This document shows, piece by piece, positions 8,089-17,002 of a DNA stretch of 64,000 nt; positions within the stretch are counted from its first letter, which is position 1, and every line of letters starts with the position of its first letter. The position numbers and the translations under genes were made by a program. A model generated the notes under the pieces. The model was not told where the DNA came from, made no database searches, and worked only from the letters and a program-made list of their open reading frames with translations. This DNA comes from Oscillospiraceae bacterium (lineage in GTDB: Bacteria; Bacillota; Clostridia; Oscillospirales; Oscillospiraceae): assembly GCA_017465025.1 (NCBI GenBank), contig JAFTXM010000113.1, forward strand, positions 626 to 64,625, given 5' to 3'.

Positions 8089-10242
8089 TCAGTTGAGCTT
8101 CTCATAGGGATTTCTGCGCAGCAGCAGATAAACCAGCACGAGCAGCACTGCAACAGCCACAGCGGTCCACACAGTGAACACACCGCCAACGAGAAGACCC
8201 AGCTGGTATACAATAAGGCTGATGGCATAGGCGAATACGCACATATAGCCAATGGCAAACCAGGTCCACTTACCGTTGTTCATTTCTCTTTTGATAGCAC
8301 CCATAGCTGCAAAGCAGGGGGCGCAGAGAAGGTTGAAAATAAGGAAGGAGAAGGCCGCCAGCTTGCTGCCGCCGAAGAACTCCTGCCCGATAACCGCAAG
8401 ACCAACGGAATCTGCTGCATCCACCAGCTCAAATGCCAGATCTGCATCTGCCATGGAGCTGAGAGAGCCGAATACGCCCACAACCTCTTCCTTTGCAACC
8501 AGACCCAAAACCGTTGCCACAGCAGCCTGCCAGTTGCCAAAGCCCAGAGGCACGAAGAGAACCGCAATAAAGCTGCCCAATACCTCAAGGATGGATGCGC
8601 CGCCCATTTCCTCGGTGATATAGTGGAAGCCGCCCTCAAAAGAGAGGGAGTTGAGCACCCAGATTATCACACTGGCTGCCAGAATAACGGTGCCTGCACG
8701 CTTTATGAAGCTCCAGCCGCGCTCCCATGTAGCGCGAAGGACATTGGAAGCCACAGGGCTGTGATATGCGGGCAGCTCCATAACAAAGGGAGCGGGATCG
8801 CCTGCAAAGGCGCGGGTCTTTTTGAGTATGATACCGGACACGATAACAGCGCCAACACCTATAAAGTATGCTGCCGTTGCCACCCATGAGCTTCCGCCGA
8901 AAAGTGCGCCTGCAATAAGGCCGACAATGGGCATCTTAGCTCCGCAGGGGATGAAGCCGGTAGTCATGATGGTCATTTTCCTGTCTCTGTCCTGCTCAAT
9001 GGTGCGGGAGGCCATGATACCGGGCACACCGCAGCCGGTAGCTACCAGCATGGGGATGAAGGACTTGCCGCTCAGCCCGAACTTGCGGAAGATACGGTCC
9101 ATGATGAACGCCACGCGGGCCATGTAGCCGCAGTCTTCAAGCATTGCAAGCAAAATAAAGAGTATAAGCATCTGGGGTACAAAGCCGAGAACAGCGCCCA
9201 CGCCGCCGATTATGCCGTCGGCAACAAGGCTTACAAGCCAGTCAGCCACGCCCCAGCCCTCAAGCGCCGCCGTCACACCGGGGATTATCCACTCACCAAA
9301 GAGTGTATCATTCATAAAGCCAACTGTCCAGTCCCCGATGGTGCCGATGGAAATTGTGTATACAAGCCACATCACAGCCACGAAAATGGGCAGGGCCAGA
9401 ATACGGTTGGTGATAACGGTATCGATCTTGTCGGAAGTGCTCATTTTTCCGGCGGACTTTTTCCTGTAGCAGGCCTTTACAAGCTCGCCTATGTACACAT
9501 AGCGTTCGTTGGTGATGATGGCTTCGGCATCGTCGTCCAGCTCTGCCTCTATGGCGGCAATGTCGCTTTCAATGTGGGAAAGAACAGTATCACTGAGCTT
9601 GAGCTGTTCCATGACCTTTTCATCCCGCTCAAAAAGCTTGATGGCGTACCAGCGCTGCTGGGGCTCAGGCAAGGCGTGTACAGCGGCTTCTTCAATGTGG
9701 GCAATGGTGTGCTCCACAGAGCCGGAGAAGGTGTGCATGGGGACAAAGCTACCGCCTTTTGCCGCCTTGATTGCGGCTTCGGCAGCCTCCATAGTACCTT
9801 CTGAGTTGAGTGCAGATATCTCAAGCACGGGGCAACCCAGGGCGCGGCCAAGCTCGCGGGTGTCGATCTTGTCTCCGTTTTTGTGCACCACATCCATCAT
9901 GTTTATGGCCACCACCACGGGAATACCCAGCTCCATGAGCTGTGTGCTGAGATAAAGGTTTCTTTCAAGATTAGTGCCGTCCACGATGTTGAGTATTACA
10001 TCAGGCCGCTCTCCCACAAGATAATTTCTTGCCACTACTTCCTCAAGGGTGTAGGGAGAGAGGGAGTAGATACCGGGAAGGTCAGTTATGGTCACGTCAT
10101 TGTGATTTTTCAGCTTGCCTTCCTTTTTCTCTACAGTAACGCCGGGCCAGTTGCCAACGTACTGCCGTGCACCGGTCAGACTATTGAAAAGTGTGGTTTT
10201 ACCACAGTCGGGGTTTCCTGCAAGGGCTATTCTGATGTCCAT
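8089..10242 (-). CDS. feoB: ferrous iron transporter FeoB
   Basis: N-terminal G domain (GNPDCGKTTLFN, DLPG) followed by a polytopic permease. 717 aa. AGGAGG SD. Confidence 0.95.
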   Translation of the reverse strand: MDIRIALAGNPDCGKTTLFNSLTGARQYVGNWPGVTVEKKEGKLKNHNDVTITDLPGIYSLSPYTLEEVVARNYLVGERPDVILNIVDGTNLERNLYLSTQLMELGIPVVVAINMMDVVHKNGDKIDTRELGRALGCPVLEISALNSEGTMEAAEAAIKAAKGGSFVPMHTFSGSVEHTIAHIEEAAVHALPEPQQRWYAIKLFERDEKVMEQLKLSDTVLSHIESDIAAIEAELDDDAEAIITNERYVYIGELVKACYRKKSAGKMSTSDKIDTVITNRILALPIFVAVMWLVYTISIGTIGDWTVGFMNDTLFGEWIIPGVTAALEGWGVADWLVSLVADGIIGGVGAVLGFVPQMLILFILLAMLEDCGYMARVAFIMDRIFRKFGLSGKSFIPMLVATGCGVPGIMASRTIEQDRDRKMTIMTTGFIPCGAKMPIVGLIAGALFGGSSWVATAAYFIGVGAVIVSGIILKKTRAFAGDPAPFVMELPAYHSPVASNVLRATWERGWSFIKRAGTVILAASVIIWVLNSLSFEGGFHYITEEMGGASILEVLGSFIAVLFVPLGFGNWQAAVATVLGLVAKEEVVGVFGSLSSMADADLAFELVDAADSVGLAVIGQEFFGGSKLAAFSFLIFNLLCAPCFAAMGAIKREMNNGKWTWFAIGYMCVFAYAISLIVYQLGLLVGGVFTVWTAVAVAVLLVLVYLLLRRNPYEKLN

Positions 10243-10253
10243 TTCATCCTCCT

Positions 10254-10269
10254 GTTAGCATATGCTAAC
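10254..10269. promoter_or_regulatory. perfect 16-bp palindrome GTTAGCATATGCTAAC (putative metalloregulator operator or RNA hairpin)
   Basis: Lies in the feoA-feoB spacer, directly 5' of the feoB SD on the minus strand. Confidence 0.5.
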
Positions 10270-10307
10270 CAAACCGTATTTTTTAAGGGGCTGCTGCCCC
10301 GTACACA

Positions 10308-10529
10308 TTACTCTATTTCTATGTTCTCCGCATCCGCCTTACGGATGGAAAGCTCGTATCCTCTTACAGTAAGCTCAATAGGATCTCCCAGCGGAGCAAG
10401 CTTTCTCACGTAAACCTCTACGCCGCGGGTTATGCCCATGTCCATAATGCGTCTTTTCACAGCGCCCTCGCCGTGGAGCTTTACAACTCTGGAACTTTCG
10501 CCTGTTTTGAGATCTCTTAGTGTCCTCAT
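10308..10529 (-). CDS. feoA: FeoA family protein
   Basis: 73-aa SH3-like FeoA sequence (RRIMDMGITRGVEVYV). Upstream of feoB. Confidence 0.85.
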   Translation of the reverse strand: MRTLRDLKTGESSRVVKLHGEGAVKRRIMDMGITRGVEVYVRKLAPLGDPIELTVRGYELSIRKADAENIEIE

Positions 10530-10548
10530 CTTTTCAAACTCCTTAAAA

Positions 10549-10761
10549 TTATATCATTATTTTCTGAGCAAGCTCCTGACTGAGCGCCACGCGTGCTTCT
10601 TTGACCTTAACAATAAGGTTGCCGCCGATGGTGTTTATTACAGTCACGTCCGAGCCTGCCACGAAGCCCAGATTTTCAAGGTGTCTTTTGACCTCAGGCT
10701 TTCCGCCAACCCTTCTGATGATGTTTTCTTCTCCGATACCGGCAAAAGTCAAAGGCATCAT
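10549..10761 (-). CDS. feoA: FeoA family protein (second copy)
   Basis: 70-aa FeoA-like sequence (RHLENLGFVAGSDVTV). First gene of the feoA-feoA-feoB operon. Confidence 0.85.
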   Translation of the reverse strand: MMPLTFAGIGEENIIRRVGGKPEVKRHLENLGFVAGSDVTVINTIGGNLIVKVKEARVALSQELAQKIMI

Positions 10762-10778
10762 AATCGCTCCTTTTATTG

Positions 10779-10794
10779 ATTAGCATATGCTAAC
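10779..10794. promoter_or_regulatory. second copy of the TTAGCATATGCTAA palindrome
   Basis: Identical 14-bp core, 5 nt 5' of the SD of the first feoA. Confidence 0.5.
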
Positions 10795-10808
10795 CGTATG
10801 GTCTGAAT

Positions 10809-10840
10809 AGTGGTTAGCCTTTGCTAACCACTGGTATAAT
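10809..10840 (+). promoter_or_regulatory. third palindrome AGTGGTTAGC-CTTT-GCTAACCACT overlapping an extended -10 promoter (TGgTATAAT) for the VIT1 gene
   Basis: 10-bp perfect arms with the same GTTAGC-N4-GCTAAC core. TGnTATAAT sits at 10832-10840, reading toward 10941. Confidence 0.5.
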
Positions 10841-10940
10841 ACAGTATATGTATTAATTTGTCAAGTATATTTTTTATGTCCTTGTAAATTAATGACTGTA
10901 GATATATAATGAGCCCAGTATTTTCAGGAGGTTTGGTTTT

Positions 10941-11819
10941 ATGAATTCTGTTTCAAAGCAGTCTATGGACATAATCAGAAAAATGCAGCAGAACGAAGTC
11001 AATGAAAGCTGCATATATGCTAATATAGCGAAATTTGCCAAGGGTGAAGAAAATAAGGAAACCCTTCTCCGGCTGTCTCAGGAGGAGCAGGCCCATGCCG
11101 CCATATGGGAGAAATATAGCGAAATTAAGCCCAAGCCCCAAAAGCTCAAAGTGTTCTGGTACACCCTCATCGCCAGAGTCTTCGGCTTTACCTTTGCAGT
11201 AAAGCTTATGGAAAATGGGGAGGCCGGCGCGCAGGATGAGTATGCTCAGCTTCTTGCGGAAGTTCCCGAAAGTGAGCATATCCGCCAGCAGGAGGAAGAG
11301 CACGAGGAAGCTCTGCTTGAGATGCTGGATGAAGAAAGTCTCCAGTATGTGGGCAGCATGGTGCTGGGCCTCAATGATGCCCTGGTGGAGCTTACGGGCA
11401 GTCTTGCCGGCTTTACCTTTGCCATGCAGAATACCCGCCTTATAGCCCTCTCCGGCCTTATCATCGGCATTTCAGCCACCTTCTCCATGGCCTCAAGCGA
11501 ATTTCTCTCAGCCCGCAGCGAGGGCAGGACAGATGCTCTCAAATCCTGCACCTATACGGGCATTGCCTACCTTATCACTGTAGTGCTGCTTATTGCGCCG
11601 TATCTTCTCTTTGCCTCCAGCCAGTATCTTGCCGCAATGGTCTGTATGCTCCTTATTGTGGTGCTCATAATTGCGGGCTTCACCTACTACACCTCCGTAG
11701 CGCAGGGTCAGGCCTTCAAGTCGAGGTTTCTGGAAATGGCCATTATCAGCATCAGCGTTGCCGTTATCTCTTTCTTCGTCGGTATTGCCGCAAAGCATTT
11801 TCTGGGTGTGGACTTGTGA
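10941..11819 (+). CDS. ferritin-like (rubrerythrin-type) domain fused to a VIT1/CCC1 iron transporter
   Basis: N-terminal four-helix ferritin-like region (EQAHAAIWEKY, EEEHEEALLEML), then VIT1 motifs (GLNDALVELTGSLAG) and TM helices. Confidence 0.8.
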   Translation: MNSVSKQSMDIIRKMQQNEVNESCIYANIAKFAKGEENKETLLRLSQEEQAHAAIWEKYSEIKPKPQKLKVFWYTLIARVFGFTFAVKLMENGEAGAQDEYAQLLAEVPESEHIRQQEEEHEEALLEMLDEESLQYVGSMVLGLNDALVELTGSLAGFTFAMQNTRLIALSGLIIGISATFSMASSEFLSARSEGRTDALKSCTYTGIAYLITVVLLIAPYLLFASSQYLAAMVCMLLIVVLIIAGFTYYTSVAQGQAFKSRFLEMAIISISVAVISFFVGIAAKHFLGVDL

Positions 11820-11858
11820 TGATGCTCTACCCCGTGCCCGACCACAGACAAGAAAAAA

Positions 11859-11894
11859 CCAACTTGAAATCTGTGAAGCAGGATTTCAAGTTGG
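11859..11894 (-). terminator. hairpin terminator (13-bp stem CCAACTTGAAATC) with its T-tail on the minus strand
   Basis: Perfect inverted repeat at 11859-11871 and 11882-11894. On the minus strand it is followed by TTTTTT. Lies downstream of tRNA-Leu. Confidence 0.6.
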
Positions 11895-11979
11895 AAAGGA
11901 AGAGCAATGAAGCTCAGACGAAAAAACAGCCGCTCTTACGAAACGGCTGTTTTAGAGCAGAGCGAAATTAGCTCTGACG

Positions 11980-12065
11980 TGGTGCCGGTGGTGGGACTCG
12001 AACCCACACGATGTCGCCATCGGCGGATTTTGAATCCGCTACGTCTACCATTCCATCACACCGGC
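11980..12065 (-). tRNA. tRNA-Leu (anticodon CAA)
   Basis: Reverse complement is GCCGGTGTGATGGAATGGTAGACG...GGATTCAAAATCC...long variable arm...GGTTCGAGTCCCACCACCGGCACCA. It has a 7-bp acceptor stem, a CAA anticodon loop and an encoded CCA. Confidence 0.9.
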
Positions 12066-12128
12066 GTGCTGGAAAAGTATAGCGCATTTGGCGTGAAAAT
12101 TCAAGTACTTTTCTTGCGATATGGGCAA

Positions 12129-13028
12129 TTATTGTGTTTTGGGGACGAAACGCAGATTCATATCCGTCTCAATGCCGATGCCGGGCACATTTTCAGTGAA
12201 GCTGTACTGCCACATGTCCATGGCATAATAAAAATTGGGAAAGCCGCTTTCCGGCAGTGAGAACCAGAACTCGTAATCTGTAAGCCTTGTCAGGTCATAG
12301 CCGTAATAGCCAAGGTTTCGGTTGAAGTATACGCATGATTTGTACCCTGCGTTCTCAACTGTCTGACAGAAGGCTACGGCGCAGTCGGTGCGCCCGTTCA
12401 TTTCAAGTAAGGCCGTTCTCGCCGTTGGGTCTTCTATCTTCTCCCAGTCGAAAACAATCGGCAAAGCCACGTTGTAGCCCTGTATGCGATCAAGTACAAA
12501 TTTGGCTTCTTCCATGGCCTCGGACACGGTGATAGCCTGCGAGAACATATATACGCCCACATCAATACCGTTGGCCAGTGCGCCTTCTATATTGGCCTTG
12601 AAATAAGGGTCTTCAAACAGCCCGCCCTCTGTGTATCCGCGGCGTCCCACGCGGATATACGCAAAATCCACACCGGAGGAGGCCACCTGCTGCCAGTTTA
12701 TTTCCTTCTGGTGTTCGGAAACATCAATGCCGCGGGTCACGGTGTATTCACTGCCCAGATAGTCTATCCTCGTGCCGGTGGTTCTGAACATTTCCTCGGT
12801 GAACACATTGACAGGCACACCCTCCAGAGGGGTCATCCATATCCAGTCAAAACCGTCGTAGAGATACACTTGCCCTGCGTGGGGGTCAATCACTTGGTCC
12901 TCTTTGTCAATTCTCTCAGAGCCGCTTACGCTCCTTAAAAGTAAAACAATCAGCAGCAGCGCGACAAATAGGGTCAAAAACATTACTTTGGCTCTGTATC
13001 TGTTGGCAGTTCTCATATATCTCTCCAT
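12129..13028 (-). CDS. GH25 family lysozyme (muramidase) with N-terminal membrane anchor
   Basis: RGIDVSEHQKEINWQQV...DFAYIRVG...GVYMFSQA is typical of GH25. Hydrophobic anchor at residues 15-35. Confidence 0.85.
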   Translation of the reverse strand: MERYMRTANRYRAKVMFLTLFVALLLIVLLLRSVSGSERIDKEDQVIDPHAGQVYLYDGFDWIWMTPLEGVPVNVFTEEMFRTTGTRIDYLGSEYTVTRGIDVSEHQKEINWQQVASSGVDFAYIRVGRRGYTEGGLFEDPYFKANIEGALANGIDVGVYMFSQAITVSEAMEEAKFVLDRIQGYNVALPIVFDWEKIEDPTARTALLEMNGRTDCAVAFCQTVENAGYKSCVYFNRNLGYYGYDLTRLTDYEFWFSLPESGFPNFYYAMDMWQYSFTENVPGIGIETDMNLRFVPKTQ

Positions 13029-13137
13029 TCGCCGATTATAAGCGAACCAATTTTATCATAACAAGTCCTGCATTTCAATGAGAACAGTTTGTCCATCTAA
13101 GAACAAAATAATTATTTGAAATTTGTAAAATTGGGTG

Positions 13138-13166
13138 TTGACAAAAGTGGGTATGTTTGCTATTAT
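13138..13166 (+). promoter_or_regulatory. sigma-A promoter for the tRNA-Thr/tRNA-Tyr pair
   Basis: TTGACA, 17 nt, TATTAT. It ends about 18 nt before tRNA-Thr. Confidence 0.7.
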
Positions 13167-13183
13167 TATCAGGCCGGTCCGAT

Positions 13184-13259
13184 GCTGGTGTAGCTCAGTC
13201 GGTAGAGCAGCTGATTTGTAATCAGCAGGTCGGGGGTTCGAGTCCGTCCACCAGCTCCA
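13184..13259 (+). tRNA. tRNA-Thr (anticodon TGT)
   Basis: GCTGGTGTAGCTCAGTCGGTAGAGCAGCTGATTTGTAATCAGCAGGTCGGGGGTTCGAGTCCGTCCACCAGCTCCA. Cloverleaf with a TGT anticodon. Confidence 0.9.
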
Positions 13260-13278
13260 CCGTGAGAAAAAAGAATAT

Positions 13279-13363
13279 GGGGGAATTCCCGAGTGGCCAA
13301 AGGGGACAGACTGTAAATCTGCTGGCAATGCCTTCGGTGGTTCGAATCCACCTTCCCCCACCA
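13279..13363 (+). tRNA. tRNA-Tyr (anticodon GTA); integration target of the island
   Basis: GGGGGAATTCCCGAGTGG...GACTGTAAATC...variable arm...GGTTCGAATCCACCTTCCCCCACCA. Its last 23 nt are duplicated at 29594-29618. Confidence 0.92.
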
Positions 13364-13365
13364 GA
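13341..13365 (+). repeat. attL core (TTCGAATCCACCTTCCCCCACCAGA)
   Basis: Exact 25-bp match to 29594-29618. Overlaps the T-arm and acceptor 3' end of tRNA-Tyr. Confidence 0.9.
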
Positions 13366-13397
13366 GCTGTACTTGAAAAAGTACAGCTTTTTCTTTG
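13365..13397 (+). terminator. hairpin terminator now following tRNA-Tyr (element-borne)
   Basis: AGCTGTACTT-gaaa-AAGTACAGCT followed by TTTTT. Confidence 0.75.
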
Positions 13398-13554
13398 TTT
13401 TGACGAAAAAGTGGCACGTTTTGCATCTGAAAAGTCCTGAAAAAAGGATGCTATTTCAGACATGACCCTTGCTGCGACCCTTTACAAGACAATATTGGGT
13501 CATACTCATTTGACCCTTTAGTATCATTTGGACATAAAAGACAGGGAGAAAGTT

Positions 13555-14724
13555 TTATCCACCGGAACGCAGACTTTGTATATACTGCTCCATGCGGTTA
13601 GCACTTTCACGCTTCATACCCGGCGTTGCATGTGCGTATGTGCTTAGTGTAAAAGCAGCTGTAGAGTGTCCCAGGTTTTCCTGCACCGTTTTGATATCAT
13701 CACCGGCACGCAGACTATTGACGGCGTATGTATGTCTCAAGTCGTGGAAACGAAGCTCCTCCAAACCTATCTCTGCCATAATCCTTTTGAAATTCATGTA
13801 AAGAGTCTTGTTGTTTATGTATCGACCCAACTCGTTCGTAAACACAAGATTCTTTTCATTATTCCATAGATTACCCGCCTGTATTGCCCACATATGCTGT
13901 TGGGCTTTTTGCTTTCTCAGGGCATCCATTACGTCAAAGGCTGCGGTGAGTACCCGGATTTTATCATTTTTGAGACTGCTGAAACTAAACTCCTTTTCGC
14001 CCTTTGCCCGGTTGTGCTGCTTGTTTATCAGCAGCGTGCCGTTTTCAAAGTCAACGCAGTCCCAAGTGAGGCCGAGCACCTCTCCTTGTCTTAGCCCGGT
14101 GAAAGCAGTTACAAATAATACAAGCTCATAGGGGTCCCCCTTGATGGCGTTCAAGAAGGATATTACATCAGAATCCTCCAGAGGCTTGATTTGTTTTTTC
14201 TCTACTCTGGGGAGTATGACAGCTTCCAAGGGATTAACCCGCAAGTAGCCAAGCTTCTTTGCCTGCTCAAGTGATCTGTGAAATACACCGTGAATGTTCT
14301 TTACAGACTTTGGAGAAAGGTGCATATCATCAAGCAGCATATTGTAAACCTTCTGAACCATATAAGGTGCAAGCTTGGTAAGCCGTATGTCACCTAGATA
14401 TGGTTTAAGATGTACCCGTACATGCTGTTCATATGCGCTCTTTGTTGCAGGCTTGATATTTCCAGTGTAATCCTTGAGCCAGATATCAAGCCAGTCTCCG
14501 AGTTTGATAGAGTTGGGTGCAACGAATGTCCCCTCATCAATCTCTCTTATTACCTGATTTAGCTTCTGGCGCACTTCCTTCTGAGTCTTGCCATAGATGG
14601 ATTTTTGAATCTGCTTTCCGGTCTTTGGATCAAAGCCTAAAGTGTATCGCGCCTCCCAGCGTCCATCCGAACGCTTCCTTATGGTGCCGCCTCCGCTGGC
14701 ACCTCTTGTCGTTTTTCCTGACAT
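13555..14724 (-). CDS. int: tyrosine-type site-specific integrase
   Basis: 389 aa. N-terminal SAM-like domain plus a catalytic domain with R...HDLRHT...LGH...Y motifs (RFHDLRHTYA, NLGHSTAAFTLSTYAH). Confidence 0.92.
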   Translation of the reverse strand: MSGKTTRGASGGGTIRKRSDGRWEARYTLGFDPKTGKQIQKSIYGKTQKEVRQKLNQVIREIDEGTFVAPNSIKLGDWLDIWLKDYTGNIKPATKSAYEQHVRVHLKPYLGDIRLTKLAPYMVQKVYNMLLDDMHLSPKSVKNIHGVFHRSLEQAKKLGYLRVNPLEAVILPRVEKKQIKPLEDSDVISFLNAIKGDPYELVLFVTAFTGLRQGEVLGLTWDCVDFENGTLLINKQHNRAKGEKEFSFSSLKNDKIRVLTAAFDVMDALRKQKAQQHMWAIQAGNLWNNEKNLVFTNELGRYINNKTLYMNFKRIMAEIGLEELRFHDLRHTYAVNSLRAGDDIKTVQENLGHSTAAFTLSTYAHATPGMKRESANRMEQYIQSLRSGG

Positions 14725-14762
14725 TAAACCTCTCTTTCCTCAGAATCAGAATCTATGTCCAG

Positions 14763-15683
14763 TCAGTCCATTCGTTTTCTTGCCCGCATACGGTCACTCT
14801 CAAGCCATTCAATGAACTCTTCAAAGTCCAGCTCACCGTTTAAGCACATATCCCGCTTTTCTCTGGCTTCCAGTGACCAGGCGTTGAACTCGTCCCTTGT
14901 CATCATCCCCTTACTCACACGGGCGTTGTGAGCCTTGTAGGAACGCTTGTATTCCTTTATAACAGGGTTTTCAAGAATTCTCTTCTCATAGATACGGAAG
15001 GAGCCCAAATCTTTACAGGTCTTACCGCCTGTTTGAGAAGCCTTACGACTGCAGTACTCGGTGTTGTAGTTGCCAACGATACCGAAGTACTTGCCGCAGT
15101 ATTTACACTTGCGGAAATTTATGCCGTAATTTATATAGTTTACAAGCATGAACGAGATAAGGTCTCTTGCAGAATCGGTGTGCAGTACCTCGGTATAGAA
15201 GGGCTCAGAAAGCTCTTCTTTGAGCCTATGCTGTTCTATGATATATTTCCTGTCCGGCAAGTCATACGCAAAGGGCCCAATATACCCGGTGCATACCTGC
15301 TCATAGCATATCCTGCCATAACCCAGGTTTTCGGGAATTACTTCCATCGGGAATATATCTTTCAGCCAAAGCTGAGCTTTCTGTAACTCAGATATATTTT
15401 CATTTGCTGCAATGACAGCAAACACAGGACTTTCCTCAAGAAGAAGCCGTATGTCCTTCTTATTTATATCTGCATAGATAAAGTCTGCTATGCCCTGACC
15501 TATGGGATACTCCCTGTGCCAAAGCAGAGTCTTCTCCTCACGAATTTCATAACATTCCCTCTTTCCGTCTGTATATGCGCAGACGGAAATTTTTTTATTT
15601 CCCTTCGACAAGATAAAACACTCCTTGCAAACCACTGTGTATATAATGCATTTAGACGACCTACTAAACACATTATATACCAA
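14763..15683 (-). CDS. hypothetical protein with C-terminal Cys cluster (CKYCGKYF...YCS...KTC)
   Basis: Long ORF in a compact arrangement with int. No motif I can assign. The start is uncertain. Confidence 0.5.
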   Translation of the reverse strand: MVYNVFSRSSKCIIYTVVCKECFILSKGNKKISVCAYTDGKRECYEIREEKTLLWHREYPIGQGIADFIYADINKKDIRLLLEESPVFAVIAANENISELQKAQLWLKDIFPMEVIPENLGYGRICYEQVCTGYIGPFAYDLPDRKYIIEQHRLKEELSEPFYTEVLHTDSARDLISFMLVNYINYGINFRKCKYCGKYFGIVGNYNTEYCSRKASQTGGKTCKDLGSFRIYEKRILENPVIKEYKRSYKAHNARVSKGMMTRDEFNAWSLEAREKRDMCLNGELDFEEFIEWLESDRMRARKRMD

Positions 15684-15924
15684 AGAGTCTATTAAGGCAA
15701 GCGAAAGGAGTCGAAGAATTATAGCATTTGAAAATCTTCCAAACGTACTCAGCGCAGAACAGTTGGCTCAGGTCTTGGGGATATCCCGGGCCGGGGCCTA
15801 TCAGCTTTTGCATACGGAGGGTTTCCCTACTCTGCGTATAGGCAAGCGTATGCTTGTACCGAGAGACAAACTGATGGAGTGGATAGACCGGAACACAGGA
15901 GGCGGCTATGCAGTGGGAGAATAA
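15625..15924 (+). CDS. xis: excisionase-type helix-turn-helix DNA-binding protein
   Basis: LSAEQLAQVLGISRAGAYQLL...FPTLRIGKRMLVPRDKLMEWI matches the MerR-like Xis/HTH_17 pattern. The start may be the ATG at 15646. Confidence 0.7.
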   Translation: MQTTVYIMHLDDLLNTLYTKESIKASERSRRIIAFENLPNVLSAEQLAQVLGISRAGAYQLLHTEGFPTLRIGKRMLVPRDKLMEWIDRNTGGGYAVGE

Positions 15925-17002
15925 GCAGGAATCCATTCCTGTGGGGCGGCCAAACGGGAATTCCAGAATGAACGCAGTTACAAAAGATCTGTATGAAATC
16001 GAAAGAGATTTGCAGCGGAAAATGAATCCTACATATCTTAAAACCTTTACCATGGCAGAGCTGTACGAAGAAGTGTTTGAAAGCAGGCCCTCAATAATCG
16101 AGGGCCTGCTGACAGTCGGCACATATATCCTTGCCGGAGCTCCCAAGCTCGGCAAGTCCTTTCTGGTGATGCAGTTTGCATGGCATATAAGTACTGGGGC
16201 TCCTATCTGGGGAATGGAGGTGATGCAAAGCCATGTACTGTATCTGGCTCTTGAGGACGACAAAAGAAGATTGCAAACAAGAATGTACCGGATGTTCGGC
16301 GAGGAGCCGACAGACAAGTTACATTTAACTGTTTACTCACGGAGCATAGGCGGCGGACTTATACAGCAGATAGAACATTTCATTGAGGAACACCGTGGTA
16401 CAAGGCTTGTTATCGTAGATACCCTGCAAAAGGTGCGGGATGCAAACAGGGAACAATACAGTTATGCAGGAGACTATGCTGAGATAGCTGAACTTAAGAA
16501 GCTTTCAGATAAGCACTCTATATGTATTATCCTTGTGCATCACACAAGAAAACAACAGGCGGAGGATGGCTTTGACATGATATCCGGCACTACAGGCTTG
16601 ATGGGGGCCGCTGACGGAGCCTTTCTCCTGCGTAAAGAGAGGCGCACAGCGAATACCGCTTCCCTGGAAGTTTCGGGACGTGACCAGCAGGATCAGAAGC
16701 TTTATTTGAAAAGGAACGAAGAAAGCCTGTGCTGGGAGCTGGAGAGTGTAGAGACCGAAATCTGGAAAGAAGCCCCGGAGCCGGTGTTAGGGCAGCTTAA
16801 CAGACTTATTGGGAATGCAGATCATTGGAGCGGCAGCCCCACGGAGCTGGTACAGGCTTTAGGTATAGATATGAAAGCCAATGCTCTGACATTTAAGCTG
16901 AACGCAAACGCCGGACGGCTGCATGATGAATATGGAATAAAATACAGCAGCAGCCGAAGTCACGCTGGGAGAAGAATTGAGCTTAAGCGTGACAATGCGT
17001 GA
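15908..17002 (+). CDS. RepA-like AAA/RecA-fold ATPase (AAA_25-type)
   Basis: Walker A GAPKLGKS, Walker B LVIVDTL, then ILVHHTRK. Typical of mobile-element replication/helicase-loader ATPases. Confidence 0.75.
   Translation: MQWENKQESIPVGRPNGNSRMNAVTKDLYEIERDLQRKMNPTYLKTFTMAELYEEVFESRPSIIEGLLTVGTYILAGAPKLGKSFLVMQFAWHISTGAPIWGMEVMQSHVLYLALEDDKRRLQTRMYRMFGEEPTDKLHLTVYSRSIGGGLIQQIEHFIEEHRGTRLVIVDTLQKVRDANREQYSYAGDYAEIAELKKLSDKHSICIILVHHTRKQQAEDGFDMISGTTGLMGAADGAFLLRKERRTANTASLEVSGRDQQDQKLYLKRNEESLCWELESVETEIWKEAPEPVLGQLNRLIGNADHWSGSPTELVQALGIDMKANALTFKLNANAGRLHDEYGIKYSSSRSHAGRRIELKRDNA

Noticed and set aside
13056-13465. ORFs of 85-135 aa on both strands across 13056-13465.
   Set aside because: They run through the tRNA-Thr and tRNA-Tyr genes and their promoter and terminator, so they are not protein-coding.
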